Positions 7,632-8,605 of a stretch of DNA of 8,605 nucleotides are shown one piece after another. Source of the DNA: a virus (taxonomy: Duplodnaviria; Heunggongvirae; Uroviricota; Caudoviricetes); IMG/VR virus record IMGVR_UViG_2695420564_000006, one strand, 5' to 3'. The notes below the pieces were generated by a model. It saw nothing but the letters and a program-made list of their open reading frames with translations, was not told where the DNA came from and did not search any database. The number at the start of each line of letters is the position of its first letter. Positions within the stretch are counted from its first letter, which is position 1. A program made the translations under genes and the position numbers.

Positions 7632-8441
7632 GAGCTGCAATTGCCCACTTCAACTTATCGTTTTGCCGATAGCGAAAGTCTTTTCCGCGAGGCGGTTGCC
7701 GACATCGGCTATCCCTGCATTGTTAAACCGGTGATGAGTTCCTCTGGCAAGGGGCAGACATTTATTCGCTCTGCCGAACAGCTTAGCCAGGCATGGGAAT
7801 ACGCCCAGCAAGGCGGTCGCGCCGGAGCAGGTCGCGTGATTGTTGAAGGCGTGGTTAAGTTTGACTTCGAAATTACATTACTGACCGTCAGTGCCGCGGA
7901 TGGAGTCCATTTCTGTGCCCCCGTAGGCCATCGCCAGGAAGATGGCGACTACCGGGAATCATGGCAACCACAGCAAATGAGTCCGCTGGCCCTGGAACGC
8001 GCGCAGGAAATTGCCCGCAAAGTGGTACTGGCGCTGGGCGGTTATGGTCTGTTTGGCGTCGAGTTGTTTGTTTGTGGTGATGAGGTGATTTTCAGCGAAG
8101 TCTCCCCTCGCCCGCATGATACCGGGATGGTGACGTTAATTTCCCAGGATCTTTCGGAGTTTGCCCTGCACGTACGCGCTTTTCTCGGTCTTCCGGTTGG
8201 CGCTATTCGCCAGTATGGTCCGGCCGCTTCAGCCGTTATCCTGCCGCAACTGACCAGCCAGAACATCACGTTTGATAATGTGCAGAATGCCGTTGGCGCA
8301 GGTTTGCAGATTCGTTTATTTGGTAAGCCGGAAATTGATGGCAGCCGTCGTCTGGGGGTAGCGCTGGCGACCGCTGAGAGTGTTGATGAGGCCATTGAAC
8401 GTGCGAAGCTCGCCGCCGGACAGGTGAAAGTACAAGGTTAA
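7632..8441 (+). CDS. purT: formate-dependent phosphoribosylglycinamide formyltransferase (GAR transformylase 2, ATP-grasp), C-terminal ~268 codons
   Basis: Translation [51 protein letters not shown]...[14 protein letters not shown] matches PurT from about residue 124 to the end. The entF frame runs directly into it at 7630 with no intergenic space. Confidence 0.9.
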   Translation, partial: ELQLPTSTYRFADSESLFREAVADIGYPCIVKPVMSSSGKGQTFIRSAEQLSQAWEYAQQGGRAGAGRVIVEGVVKFDFEITLLTVSAADGVHFCAPVGHRQEDGDYRESWQPQQMSPLALERAQEIARKVVLALGGYGLFGVELFVCGDEVIFSEVSPRPHDTGMVTLISQDLSEFALHVRAFLGLPVGAIRQYGPAASAVILPQLTSQNITFDNVQNAVGAGLQIRLFGKPEIDGSRRLGVALATAESVDEAIERAKLAAGQVKVQG

Positions 8442-8464
8442 ACCCGGCAAAAAACGCGACAAAA

Positions 8465-8490
8465 ATGCCCGATTAACAATCGGGCATTTT
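8465..8490. terminator. bidirectional rho-independent terminator between convergent purT and eda
   Basis: Stem atgcccgatt (8465-8474), loop aac, aatcgggcat (8478-8487), followed by ttt and preceded by aaaaa, so it has a U-run on either strand. Confidence 0.6.
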
Positions 8491-8495
8491 GATTC

Positions 8496-8531
8496 TTACA
8501 GCTTCGCGCCTTCTACAGCTTCGCGCGCCAG
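8496..8531 (-). CDS. eda: last 11 codons plus stop of KDPG aldolase (Eda); rest of the gene absent
   Basis: Minus-strand translation LAREAVEGAKL-stop matches the Eda C-terminus as I recall it, and eda is the native convergent neighbour of purT. Upstream of the N-run 8532-8536 the frame no longer resembles Eda. Confidence 0.35.
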   Translation of the reverse strand: MAREAVEGAKL

Positions 8532-8605
8532 NNNANTATCAGCAGGAGCTGCTGGAAGGAAAACCAAAGCCCAACAACAGCGAACTGGTGGTACGCAACT
8601 GGTAT

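Noticed and set aside
6186-8395. Minus-strand ORFs 6186-6545, 6676-7038, 7079-7375, 7372-7566, 8042-8395 and plus ORF 7540-7734
   Set aside because: All are antisense to, or out of frame with, the epimerase, entF or purT frames that have clear family matches.

Overview
This window does not read as one contiguous locus. It is a patchwork of blocks, mostly Escherichia-like, joined at or within about 10 bp of short N-runs, with two further breaks that carry no N. Blocks in order: (1) 1-~1853, a prophage/satellite-type module on the minus strand: PerC-like regulator, HTH replication initiator with an iteron-like array inside its linker-coding region, a small Cys-containing ORF, and the C-terminal part of a Rha-family regulator, all with overlapping or near-overlapping stop/start codons. 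(2) ~1856-3263, convergent idi (C-terminal part) and lysS (C-terminal ~280 codons). (3) ~3264-3362, unassigned. (4) 3363-5976, frsA (no native ATG), crl, hairpin plus REP element, and phoE (C-terminal ~270 codons). (5) 5984-6217, an F-like plasmid piece: N-terminus of an orf169/gene-19-type lytic transglycosylase and oriT-like sequence. (6) 6219-6751, a YbjS-like extended-SDR epimerase fragment. (7) 6753-6889, unassigned. (8) 6890-7630, entF condensation-domain fragment. (9) 7632-8531, purT C-terminal part, terminator, and the last 11 codons of eda. (10) 8536-8605, unassigned. No tRNA, rRNA, CRISPR array, IS element or recognisable defence system was found. The most biologically interesting content is the prophage-type module in block 1. 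All identifications rest on reading the translations against protein families I recognise from memory; no database search was run.
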